This document shows, in pieces, positions 9,196 through 17,396 of a DNA stretch of 64,000 nt (position 1 is its first letter; the number at the start of each line of letters is the position of its first letter). This DNA comes from Patescibacteria group bacterium (GTDB lineage: Bacteria > Patescibacteriota > Patescibacteriia > XYB2-FULL-38-15). The notes under the pieces are model-generated. The model was not told the origin of the DNA. It was given only the letters and a program-made list of their open reading frames with translations, and made no database searches. The translations under genes and the position numbers were made by a program. The stretch lies in the NCBI GenBank assembly GCA_041737355.1, contig JBGSRW010000006.1, positions 3,246 through 67,245 on the forward strand. The letters run 5' to 3'.

Positions 9196-10053
9196 CTATT
9201 TTTTGGAAAGTTTTTTTACCAAACTGTTCAATTCCTCGTCGCCGTAAAAATGGATCACTATCTGCCCGCCCGGGCCTCTTTTTTTAATTTCCACTTTTGT
9301 GCCCAGAACGCTCCGCAGAGTTTCTTCCTTGGCCGAGACAGCCGGGTTGGGAGTTGAGGCTTTGATCCCCCTGGCCCGCTTCACCGCCCCTTCGGCTTCC
9401 CTGGAAGTCATTTCGTTTTTTAAAATCTTGCTGAAATGTTTCAATTGTTCTTTTTCACTGTCGAGCCCAAGCAAACTTCTTGCGTGGCTTTCGGTCAATT
9501 TTCCGCTCCGCAGGGCTTTTTGTATCTCTTCGGGAAGCCCCAGAAGACGGAGCGTATTGGCTACAGCCGGACGGCTCTTCCCGACGCGCCGGGAAACTTC
9601 TTCCTGGGTTAAATTAAATTCGTCCATGAGTTGTTTGAAAGCCCTTGCTTCCTCAACCGGATTCAAATCTTTACGCTGTATATTTTCGATTAAGGCCAAT
9701 TCCAATTTTTCCTGATCGCGTACCGTCCGCAAAATCGCCGGAACGGTTTTCATATTGAGCATTTTGGCCGCCCGGAATCTCCGCTCACCGGCAATCAATT
9801 CGTAATTACCGCCGTCGATCTTCGAAACAACAAGCGGCTGAAGAATACCGTGTTCTTTTATGGAATTAATCAAATCCTCGAGATCCTGGTAATCAAAATT
9901 TTCCCTCGGCTGTTTCGGATTCGGCTTGATGCTCACCACGGGAATTTCCGCCAAGCGAACACCCGCCGGCATTTCAGTTTCGGCGGAAAGAGCTTGGATT
10001 ATTTTTTTAGGAGGAATCAAGGAATTCAATCCCCTGCCCAGACCGTAAGGCAT
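9196..10053 (-). CDS. parB: chromosome partitioning protein ParB/Spo0J
   Basis: ParB box GERRFRAAKMLN and an N-terminal GLGRGL motif. Confidence 0.9.
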   Translation of the reverse strand: MPYGLGRGLNSLIPPKKIIQALSAETEMPAGVRLAEIPVVSIKPNPKQPRENFDYQDLEDLINSIKEHGILQPLVVSKIDGGNYELIAGERRFRAAKMLNMKTVPAILRTVRDQEKLELALIENIQRKDLNPVEEARAFKQLMDEFNLTQEEVSRRVGKSRPAVANTLRLLGLPEEIQKALRSGKLTESHARSLLGLDSEKEQLKHFSKILKNEMTSREAEGAVKRARGIKASTPNPAVSAKEETLRSVLGTKVEIKKRGPGGQIVIHFYGDEELNSLVKKLSKK

Positions 10054-10071
10054 AATGATAAAATAAAATTT

Positions 10072-10836
10072 CTAAATTTTGTAATCAATAATTTCCCGGG
10101 CTAAACGCTCGTAGGCGTGAGCTCCTTTGCTTTTCGCGTCATACTGCAAAATCGAAAGACCGTGCGAAGGCGCTTCGGCCAGACGGATGTTTCTCGGAAT
10201 AACCGAACGAAAAATTTTATTCGGGAAATATTTATAAAGTTCATTCAGAATCGAATCGGAAAGGCCGACACGGCTGTCGTACATTGTAATAGCCGCGCCG
10301 AGAATTTTTAACTCCGGACGAAGGTTGTCCTGGACCAATTTAATTGTTTCCAAAAGCTGGCCCAATCCTTCAAGAGCGTAATACTCCGCCTGAACCGGAA
10401 TGAAAACTTGGTCTGCCGCCACCAGACTGTTGATTGTTAAAAGCCCCAAAGACGGCGGACAATCGATAAGAACATAATCAAAATCATTTCTTACTTCAAG
10501 CAGGGCGTCATAAAGACGATACTCCCGGCGGTCGACTCCGACCAGTTCGACATTGGCTCCGGCCAAAGAAACGGTTGCCGGAGCGACGCGGTAACCTTGA
10601 ATCGCCGTATTTACAATAACATCGCGGAAAGAAGACGTTCCGGCCAGAGTTTCATAAACCCCTTTAGGCAGTGAACGGTGATCAATTCCTAAACCCGACG
10701 TAGCATTGGCCTGGGGATCCATATCAACAAGCATGACGAATTTCCCGAGGCGGGCCAAATAAGCTCCGAGGTTAACGGCAGTCGTTGTTTTACCGACCCC
10801 TCCCTTTTGGTTGACAATAGCAATAATTTGCGCCAT
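10072..10836 (-). CDS. parA: chromosome partitioning ATPase ParA/Soj
   Basis: Deviant Walker A motif IVNQKGGVGKTTTAVNLGA. Confidence 0.9.
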   Translation of the reverse strand: MAQIIAIVNQKGGVGKTTTAVNLGAYLARLGKFVMLVDMDPQANATSGLGIDHRSLPKGVYETLAGTSSFRDVIVNTAIQGYRVAPATVSLAGANVELVGVDRREYRLYDALLEVRNDFDYVLIDCPPSLGLLTINSLVAADQVFIPVQAEYYALEGLGQLLETIKLVQDNLRPELKILGAAITMYDSRVGLSDSILNELYKYFPNKIFRSVIPRNIRLAEAPSHGLSILQYDAKSKGAHAYERLAREIIDYKI

Positions 10837-10865
10837 AATAAATTATCTGCGCTTTTAGTTTTATT

Positions 10866-10894
10866 ATTATACCTCAATATTGCTTTTTTGGCAA
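10866..10894 (-). promoter_or_regulatory. sigma70-like promoter for parA-parB (TTGCCA-N17-TATAAT on the minus strand)
   Basis: Read directly: RC of 10866-10894 is TTGCCA AAAAAGCAATATTGAGG TATAAT. Confidence 0.5.
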
Positions 10895-10921
10895 GATTGT
10901 TCTAAAATAGGAGTAAATTAC

Positions 10922-11008
10922 GCCGATGTGGCGGAACTGGCATACGCGTGCGACTCAAAATCGCATTCCCTTACGGGATTGTGGGTTCAACTCCCACCAT
11001 CGGCACCA
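10922..11008 (+). tRNA. tRNA-Leu (anticodon CAA) with a long variable arm
   Basis: Acceptor GCCGATG/CATCGGC, anticodon loop cTCAAaa, T arm GGTTCAACTCC, encoded ACCA. Confidence 0.8.
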
Positions 11009-11073
11009 TAGCCCTTGCCAAAAAATAAATTTTGGTGTATCTTTAAGGATAAAGCCGCAAAAAATAACATTAT

Positions 11074-11148
11074 AGCGGGGTGGAGAAGTAGCATCTCGCC
11101 TGGCCCATAACCAGGAGACCGCCGGTGCAAATCCGGCCCCCGCAACCA
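11074..11148 (+). tRNA. initiator tRNA-fMet (CAT)
   Basis: Near-identical to the E. coli tRNAfMet 3' half (GGTGCAAATCCGGCCCCCGCAACCA). Has a 1-72 mismatch and a CAT anticodon in CCCATAA. Confidence 0.75.
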
Positions 11149-11178
11149 AAATTTATAGGATTATCATAAAATGCCCAG

Positions 11179-11254
11179 GGCTGGGTAGCTCAGTTGGTAG
11201 AGCGTGGGACTCATAAGCCCGAGGTCGTGGGTTCAATCCCCACCCCAGCCACCA
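11179..11254 (+). tRNA. elongator-type tRNA with a CAT anticodon (Met or lysidine-Ile)
   Basis: GGCTGGGTAGCTCAGTTGGTAGAGC...CTCATAA...GGTTCAATCCCCACCCCAGCCACCA; perfect acceptor stem. Confidence 0.8.
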
Positions 11255-11265
11255 AAAGAAAAAAT

Positions 11266-11727
11266 ATGCTTCTTTCAATACATGCCGCCGCAGGAGCCCT
11301 GATCGGCCAACAAACCAATAATCCCATCCTTGCCTTTATTTTGGGCTTTGCTTCTCATTTCGCCTTAGACGCTGTCCCCCACGGCGACCAGGACTGGATT
11401 GAGGATTATAAAGGAGACGATAAATCCAGAGCCAAAAGAATAATCTTTCTTGTCGGTCTGGATGCCGTTATATTGCTCGGTCTCCTGGTTTCCCAATTTT
11501 TTTACAGATCCCTGACACCAACCCTGAATATTGCCTCCGGAATACTCGGCGGAATACTTCCCGATTTTCTTGTAGGGTGCCACGAATTATCGGACAAACT
11601 TTTCAAAAATTTCTATCAATTGCATTTTAAAATGCACGATCTGCTTAACATAAAACAGCCGTCGACAGTTCAGGGAATTGTTTTTCAGGCCGTAGTTTTG
11701 GGAATACTGCTTATCTTTGCATTTTAG
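11266..11727 (+). CDS. small hypothetical integral membrane protein
   Basis: The ORF-track start at 11194 lies inside the tRNA. The first ATG after the tRNA is at 11266; hydrophobic segments. Confidence 0.5.
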   Translation: MLLSIHAAAGALIGQQTNNPILAFILGFASHFALDAVPHGDQDWIEDYKGDDKSRAKRIIFLVGLDAVILLGLLVSQFFYRSLTPTLNIASGILGGILPDFLVGCHELSDKLFKNFYQLHFKMHDLLNIKQPSTVQGIVFQAVVLGILLIFAF

Positions 11728-11736
11728 ATCGGTGCG

Positions 11737-11768
11737 TAATAACAAAAAATCCGGATAATTTCCGGAAT
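11737..11768. terminator. bidirectional terminator (near-perfect palindrome aaaaatccggataatttccggaatttttt)
   Basis: Hairpin with T-runs on both strands between the convergent genes. Confidence 0.65.
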
Positions 11769-11787
11769 TTTTTATTATACAATAAAT

Positions 11788-12996
11788 TTATTTTACTGCC
11801 CGTTTGTAAACCTCCAATGTTTCCCGGGCGCACTTAGCCCAGCTAAACTCCTTCGCCTTTAACATTCCTTTCTCCCCGAGTTCCAGCCCAACGCTACGCT
11901 CCGACAAAACTTTTTTCATAGCCATTTCAATTGTTTTAATATTTATCGGATCGACGAGAATTGCTCCATCCCCCGCCAACTCCGGCAAGGAAGACGTATC
12001 GGAAGTAATTGTGGGAACTCCGAGCGACATAGCCTCAAGGACCGGCAAACCGAATCCTTCGTAGAGGGAGGGGAAAACAAAACACGAGGCATAACTGATA
12101 AGGGAAAATTTTTCCTGGCCGGGTATGTATCCTATATATTTAATCTTATTCTTTCCCCCCAAAATTTTGTTGCACTTTTCTATTTCTAAAAAAATTTTTT
12201 TGTATTTCCAGCCTTTCGCCCCAGCCAAAACAAGCTGATATTTTTCTCCAATCGCCTTGTTATTAGCGGCAAGACCGCAAAAAGCCCTAACCAGGGCGGC
12301 GATATTTTTTCTTGGCTCAACGGTTCCCAAAAATAAAATGTAATCTTCTTTCAACCCATATTTACTTTTAATATTTTTTGGACAAATTTTCCCTTCCGAT
12401 CCGCAGACGTCGTCATCTTTTGACGGCAGATTTTTGAATTCCACCCCTTCGTAAACCACGTCTACTTTGTCCGGCTTAATTTTAAAAATTTCCGCAATAT
12501 CTTTCTTGGTATTTTTTGAGACAGCGATAATCCTGGACGCCTTTTTCAAACTTTTTGGCACCAATATTTTTTTAGAAAATTCCTGCCCCGCTAAAAATTT
12601 TGAGGGGAACCATTCGGGATGTTTATAAATTGCCAAATCGTGTACGGTCACAACCGACTTTCCCTTGTAAGCCAGGGGAAGTGTGTAGGCCGGGGAATGG
12701 AAAATATCTAGTTTCTCCTTGTCCAGGGCGGCGGCGACCAGAATATGGGAAAAAGCAATCGGCAAATAATGTTTATAGCGGTGAAAGGGGAAAAATTTCG
12801 TCTCCGCGTTCGGGGCGACGGAGATAATTTCCCGAGCCGCTTCCCGGGATAATAAACTGTCAAAAAATAAAATATACCTATTTTTTTTATCCAGTTCGAG
12901 AAGATTCTTCACTAGATAATAGGTATAATGCCCGATTCCGGCGCCCTCTCCGTAGCCCGGATTTAAAATTGTACGGCAATCTATGCCAATCCTCAT
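11788..12996 (-). CDS. glycosyltransferase family 4 (GT-B fold)
   Basis: C-terminal EGFGLPVLEAMSLGVPTITSD motif. The likely start is MRIGIDCR (the ORF track extends to 13023). Confidence 0.8.
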   Translation of the reverse strand: MRIGIDCRTILNPGYGEGAGIGHYTYYLVKNLLELDKKNRYILFFDSLLSREAAREIISVAPNAETKFFPFHRYKHYLPIAFSHILVAAALDKEKLDIFHSPAYTLPLAYKGKSVVTVHDLAIYKHPEWFPSKFLAGQEFSKKILVPKSLKKASRIIAVSKNTKKDIAEIFKIKPDKVDVVYEGVEFKNLPSKDDDVCGSEGKICPKNIKSKYGLKEDYILFLGTVEPRKNIAALVRAFCGLAANNKAIGEKYQLVLAGAKGWKYKKIFLEIEKCNKILGGKNKIKYIGYIPGQEKFSLISYASCFVFPSLYEGFGLPVLEAMSLGVPTITSDTSSLPELAGDGAILVDPINIKTIEMAMKKVLSERSVGLELGEKGMLKAKEFSWAKCARETLEVYKRAVK

Positions 12997-13000
12997 AAAA

Positions 13001-13972
13001 TCATTGCCATTTGTAGTTTTCAAAAGTCCAGTCGGTTAATCCTTTTACTTCTTTGAACCTGTCTTCCGCCGAGGCGCTTCCCAGAACGACGGCGACAATC
13101 TTGTGCCCCTCCCTTTCGACTTCCACGGCTAAATTATATCCTGATTCTTCTATGTATCCGGTTTTTCCCCCAATAAGGGTGTAAGGCTCCTCGTTCAAAA
13201 AACTCCATAACAACTCGTTGGTGCTTTTAACGTAGTATGTATTGCTGCTTTTTCTCGGACTAAAAATATATTTTTTCTGTACGACGGCTTCCTTGATTTC
13301 CTCACGGTCAAGCGCGTTGGCTAAAAGTTTGGCGATATCTCGCGCCGTACTTTTATTCTCCGGGAGAAGACCTGTCGGGTCGACAAAAATGGTATTGTTC
13401 ATATCCAGCTCCCGGGCCTTGTTATTCATCTTCACGACAAAAGCTTCTTCGGTCATACCGGTTGAACGGGCGATCGCCGCAGCCGCGTTATTCACCGAAC
13501 CGACAAGCATCATCTTGAATAAATTTTCCATGGTTACTTCTTCCGGGGGCCGCGCGTATACGATACCCCCCTCCCTGTTATCGGCATATGCAAGTTTTAT
13601 ATATTTACCCCACTCCGGTTTCTCGTCCAAAATCACGAGCGCCGTCATAAGCTTGGTCAAACTGGCCAAAGAAAGTTTTTCCCCGGAATTTTTATCAAAT
13701 AAAATTTCTCCCGCGGCTTTGTCAAAAACCAAAGCCGCTCTCGCCGTAGTTTCTATCCCTAAACTTTTACTCTCCTCAATTTTTTGGGGAGAATGCGGCT
13801 CGGCGCGGGGCAAAAATGCTTTTGAAAAATCATTCTGTTCCGTCCCGACGATAGTTTCGTTACCGACCGCCGGTTTTTCTCTTCCCAGCCAATCAAAATT
13901 TACGCCCGTCGGAGAACTGGCGATTTGGGGAACAAGGAGAATAAAAAGACTTAGAATCAAAGAAAACATCAT
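13001..13972 (-). CDS. D-alanyl-D-alanine carboxypeptidase (serine peptidase S11, PBP5-like), secreted
   Basis: Signal peptide, SxxK motif (ASLTKLMT), SVNNAA and KTGY motifs. Confidence 0.8.
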   Translation of the reverse strand: MMFSLILSLFILLVPQIASSPTGVNFDWLGREKPAVGNETIVGTEQNDFSKAFLPRAEPHSPQKIEESKSLGIETTARAALVFDKAAGEILFDKNSGEKLSLASLTKLMTALVILDEKPEWGKYIKLAYADNREGGIVYARPPEEVTMENLFKMMLVGSVNNAAAAIARSTGMTEEAFVVKMNNKARELDMNNTIFVDPTGLLPENKSTARDIAKLLANALDREEIKEAVVQKKYIFSPRKSSNTYYVKSTNELLWSFLNEEPYTLIGGKTGYIEESGYNLAVEVEREGHKIVAVVLGSASAEDRFKEVKGLTDWTFENYKWQ

Positions 13973-14544
13973 ACACTTATTTTATCCTGGGGTTGCTCTT
14001 TTTCCGCGGACAGGTCTAAAATTTTTTCAAAAATTTCACTTTTGGATAATTTCTCGTAATCGGGCAATTCGCTTGTTTTTTTAATGCCAAGATATCTCAT
14101 AAAATCAAAAGTTATATTGTAAAGGGCTTCGCCCCCCTTGTCGGAAGCCTTAGCCTCGGCCAATCCCTTTATCATAAGATTACGGAGAATCAAGCTGCAA
14201 TTGACGCCGCGAATCTGTTCCAGATCCGGTTTTGAAATCGGCCCGCGATAAGCAACGATTGTCAGTGTTTCAAGGGCCGGCCGGGTAAGTTCGCCGGTTA
14301 TTTCATCTTTTAAAAATTCTTTTACCATTTTCGCCGTGTCGGGATTGGTAGACATCTGATACTCTCCGTCCACTTCCATAATCTGTATTCCTCTCCCTGC
14401 GGCGGCTCCTTCGCCGATCAGCTCATCAAGAGCATTTTTAACATCGTTTTTTTCCGCGCCAACTTCCTCGCCGATCTTTTTCAGGCTAAGCGGCCGGCTG
14501 GCGACAAAAAGTAAACTCTCAATTTTTGATTTTAGATTGGCCAT
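13969..14544 (-). CDS. scpB: segregation and condensation protein B
   Basis: ScpB-like N-terminal winged helix IESLLFVASRPLSLKKIGE; located directly downstream of scpA. Confidence 0.85.
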   Translation of the reverse strand: MANLKSKIESLLFVASRPLSLKKIGEEVGAEKNDVKNALDELIGEGAAAGRGIQIMEVDGEYQMSTNPDTAKMVKEFLKDEITGELTRPALETLTIVAYRGPISKPDLEQIRGVNCSLILRNLMIKGLAEAKASDKGGEALYNITFDFMRYLGIKKTSELPDYEKLSKSEIFEKILDLSAEKEQPQDKISV

Positions 14545-14547
14545 ATC

Positions 14548-15258
14548 CTATTGGGGCAAATTATCCCCCTTTTTAATATTTATTTCTCCGAACATTTTTT
14601 CCTGGGTTACTACTATATGCCGCTGCTTTAGAAGTTCGAGCACGGCTAAAAAATTTACGATTACTTCAACTTTATTTTTTGCCTTGGAAATAACGGTATG
14701 AAATTTTATTTCTATTTTTTCCCTTATTAAATTTTTTATGTGCTGTATTTTTTCCTGAATCGAAACGGTACTCTTGACCACTCCCCTGGGAAGACGGACG
14801 ATCGGTTCAAGGTCATCCAAGATTTCCTTGATAACCGCGGCCAATTTATCCGTGGTAAGCCACGGCGGAGGATTGAAAAAAATGTCTCCGGCCCCGAGCG
14901 GCGGACGTTCCCGCATAAAAGCGAATCGCTTTTTCAAAATCATTTTGTGAATCAAAAGCGAGGCATCCCTATACTCCTTATAAATTTTCAACTGTTCGGC
15001 CAAGTCGGAACCGTCCATGTTTTCTCCTTCAAGCGAAGGCAAAAGGGATTTTGATTTTATCCAAAGAAGTTTTGCGGCTACAACCAAAAAATCCGCCATT
15101 TCCGCGGGGTTAAGATTCTCCATCCCCTCAAGATATTCCACGTACTGATCGGCAATCCGGGCCAGTGAAACGTCCGAAATATTCATTTCTTCCCCTTCAA
15201 TCAAACGCAACAGCAGGTCCATCGGCCCTTCGAATTTTTCTATTTTTATTGTGTACAT
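14548..15258 (-). CDS. scpA: segregation and condensation protein A
   Basis: MDLLLRLIEGEEMNISDVSLARIADQYVEYL, typical of ScpA. Confidence 0.85.
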   Translation of the reverse strand: MYTIKIEKFEGPMDLLLRLIEGEEMNISDVSLARIADQYVEYLEGMENLNPAEMADFLVVAAKLLWIKSKSLLPSLEGENMDGSDLAEQLKIYKEYRDASLLIHKMILKKRFAFMRERPPLGAGDIFFNPPPWLTTDKLAAVIKEILDDLEPIVRLPRGVVKSTVSIQEKIQHIKNLIREKIEIKFHTVISKAKNKVEVIVNFLAVLELLKQRHIVVTQEKMFGEINIKKGDNLPQ

Positions 15259-15725
15259 TATTTCTTTTTACTGAAATCCCCCGTTACCCCTCCCGTGGCT
15301 TTAAAAAAATTTTTAGATGTCATCGTGACGGAATCCCGGTATGTCCCCGCTCCGGCAATAATATTTTTCACTCTCCCGAAACTTTTGTCAACAAAAACCG
15401 GGACTTTATAAATGGCTCCGAACGGAGTAACCGCCCCCGGCTTTATTTTAAAAAGTTTATTCATTATATTCTCCTTGGCGATTTCCACCTTTTTGGCTTT
15501 GGCAATTTTTTTTAACTTGCCCAAGTCAAGCCGGTGCGAAGCCGGGACTACCGCCAGAATATAAGCTTTATCGGCCTTTACTACAAGAGTCTTGGCAATT
15601 TCATTCAATTTAACCCCGAGCGTCTGTGCCGTATCGTAAGCGGTATAAACCGTTTTATGGTTTATTATTTTATACCCTGTCTTGGCGGTATCCAGATATT
15701 TTAAAATCTTTTTGGGAATAGCCAT
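15258..15725 (-). CDS. YbaK/ProX-type aminoacyl-tRNA deacylase domain protein
   Basis: 155 aa with a YbaK-like fold pattern (LGVKLNEIAKTLVVK...AGAG). Confidence 0.55.
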   Translation of the reverse strand: MAIPKKILKYLDTAKTGYKIINHKTVYTAYDTAQTLGVKLNEIAKTLVVKADKAYILAVVPASHRLDLGKLKKIAKAKKVEIAKENIMNKLFKIKPGAVTPFGAIYKVPVFVDKSFGRVKNIIAGAGTYRDSVTMTSKNFFKATGGVTGDFSKKK

Positions 15726-15751
15726 ACCTCTAAAGGATTAATAATCATACC

Positions 15752-17332
15752 TTATTTCTTTCTTTGACGCAAGATCTGCCAGACCATAATCCCGGCCATC
15801 GCGCCAACGAAGATCAGCCAGGCGACCATGCCGGCGGCAAAAATACTTTTGGTGTAAACCGAAGCCCAGTTGTAGGGAACCATTCCGTACCAGTTGGTTT
15901 CACCATAATGATACCACCCGGCAAGCCAAATAATCCCCACGCCGACCGTGATAATAAGTGCCAGACTCTGGAAAATCCAAGCGACTATATGGGCGGCCTT
16001 TGATTTGGTAAAAAATTGCAACAATGTACAGGCCGTGAATATCAGACCGGGCGGAGCTATGAATCCCAAGACGAGAATTATGCTTAGAACAACAAAGAAA
16101 ATAAGAACGCCGAGCAGTCCGCCTTGCCAATTGGACTCCCTCGCTCCCACTTTGTCGTTATTGGAAGCGGCGCGCGGATAAAGATCATAGGTCATTTCCG
16201 AAGGCTGCATATATCGAGACATCTTCGTAAGATAATTTTTCCCAGCCTGGGGCTTTACCCAAGGTTCACCGTTAGATTCCACGGCGAGCCTTTCAATATC
16301 TTTTCTTTTAACCCAATCCGCGTAATCGGTATTAAAGCCAGGCAATTCTTGTTTGCTGTCGGAAAAAACGTAAAGCATGATTGAAACGTTTTCCTGCCAA
16401 TAAGGACGCGGCGGCGCGATAGGATAAAGCTCTGGTTCGGTCGGTGCCGGCGCGGCCGCCCCGGTCCCACAATCGGATGGACCGCAGGTACACTGTCCGG
16501 AGATACAACAAGGGGTATCTTGACCGATAACTTGCGGGCAAAATAACCCGCCACATTGGTCGCTGCTCGCACAATTTTGCATTACTCGTGCTTCATCGGT
16601 TACTGCCACGCCCGAGGCTGAATTGCCCTCCTCCGTTAAAGGCACTGGCCATGGCTCTGATCCGGGCTGTTTAAGATATTCTGCGATTCCGGAAATTTTT
16701 AATGGATAGACTATTTTTGAAGATGAAAAAATAAATTTTAAAGGTACGGCATGGCCTTCTGCAAGCTGCGCCTCCACTCCGGCAGAAAGCGACCCCGTGT
16801 CTATTTTAATAGCCGTAAAATACCATTTATTGTCAATGTAGTCGTTCAGCAAATATTTCGCTTCTTCAGGAAAATTATATTTATTATCAGCAAGCCATTT
16901 TGTCAGAGCGTCGGGATTATCAGCCTCAAGGACGGTAATATCGTAATATTCGACTTTCTTGGTTTCAACCACTGTCACGCCTTTACCAACGGCCGCGCTT
17001 TCCGCTCCGCCGCTATACATCGGCATTACCCGGTTGTCGTATTGCGGTTCGGTTAATTTAGCCAGGGCGGTAAAAAGTTCATCGGTTGACTTGGAAACCT
17101 CGGGCCGGGCAGGTGTCGGGACAATCCAGCTAAACTTTTTTGCGTCACCCCGGAAAGTTATGGAAACAATCATGGTTTCCACATTTTTTTCATGAAAAAT
17201 TACTGCCTTTTGGTCGGTCTCCTGCATCCAGTAATCGGGCGGCGGGAAAATAACGCCGTCGGCGTAAGCGACGGCCGGAAAAACCAACGCGGCCAATCCA
17301 ATAACTGCAAAAAACTTTTTAAGGATTTTCAT
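15752..17332 (-). CDS. secreted DUF2330-family protein with a Cys-rich central segment and C-terminal transmembrane helices
   Basis: Signal peptide MKILKKFFAVIGLAALVFPAVAYA, a CASSDQCGGLFCPQ...CCISGQCTCGPSDCG cluster and 3-4 C-terminal TM helices. Confidence 0.6.
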   Translation of the reverse strand: MKILKKFFAVIGLAALVFPAVAYADGVIFPPPDYWMQETDQKAVIFHEKNVETMIVSITFRGDAKKFSWIVPTPARPEVSKSTDELFTALAKLTEPQYDNRVMPMYSGGAESAAVGKGVTVVETKKVEYYDITVLEADNPDALTKWLADNKYNFPEEAKYLLNDYIDNKWYFTAIKIDTGSLSAGVEAQLAEGHAVPLKFIFSSSKIVYPLKISGIAEYLKQPGSEPWPVPLTEEGNSASGVAVTDEARVMQNCASSDQCGGLFCPQVIGQDTPCCISGQCTCGPSDCGTGAAAPAPTEPELYPIAPPRPYWQENVSIMLYVFSDSKQELPGFNTDYADWVKRKDIERLAVESNGEPWVKPQAGKNYLTKMSRYMQPSEMTYDLYPRAASNNDKVGARESNWQGGLLGVLIFFVVLSIILVLGFIAPPGLIFTACTLLQFFTKSKAAHIVAWIFQSLALIITVGVGIIWLAGWYHYGETNWYGMVPYNWASVYTKSIFAAGMVAWLIFVGAMAGIMVWQILRQRKK

Positions 17333-17396
17333 AATTCTCTATATTTAATTTTTATATCCCTAATATTTTATTTTCCCGCCAAATACTGCGCGCCCG

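Noticed and set aside
10955-11149. 64-aa minus-strand ORF from the track
   Set aside because: It lies entirely across the tRNA-Leu and tRNA-fMet genes, so it is an artefact.
11194-11265. N-terminal 24 codons of the 177-aa + ORF (MVERGTHKPEVVGSIPTPATKRKN)
   Set aside because: This stretch is the translation of the elongator CAT tRNA gene itself. The real CDS starts at the ATG at 11266.
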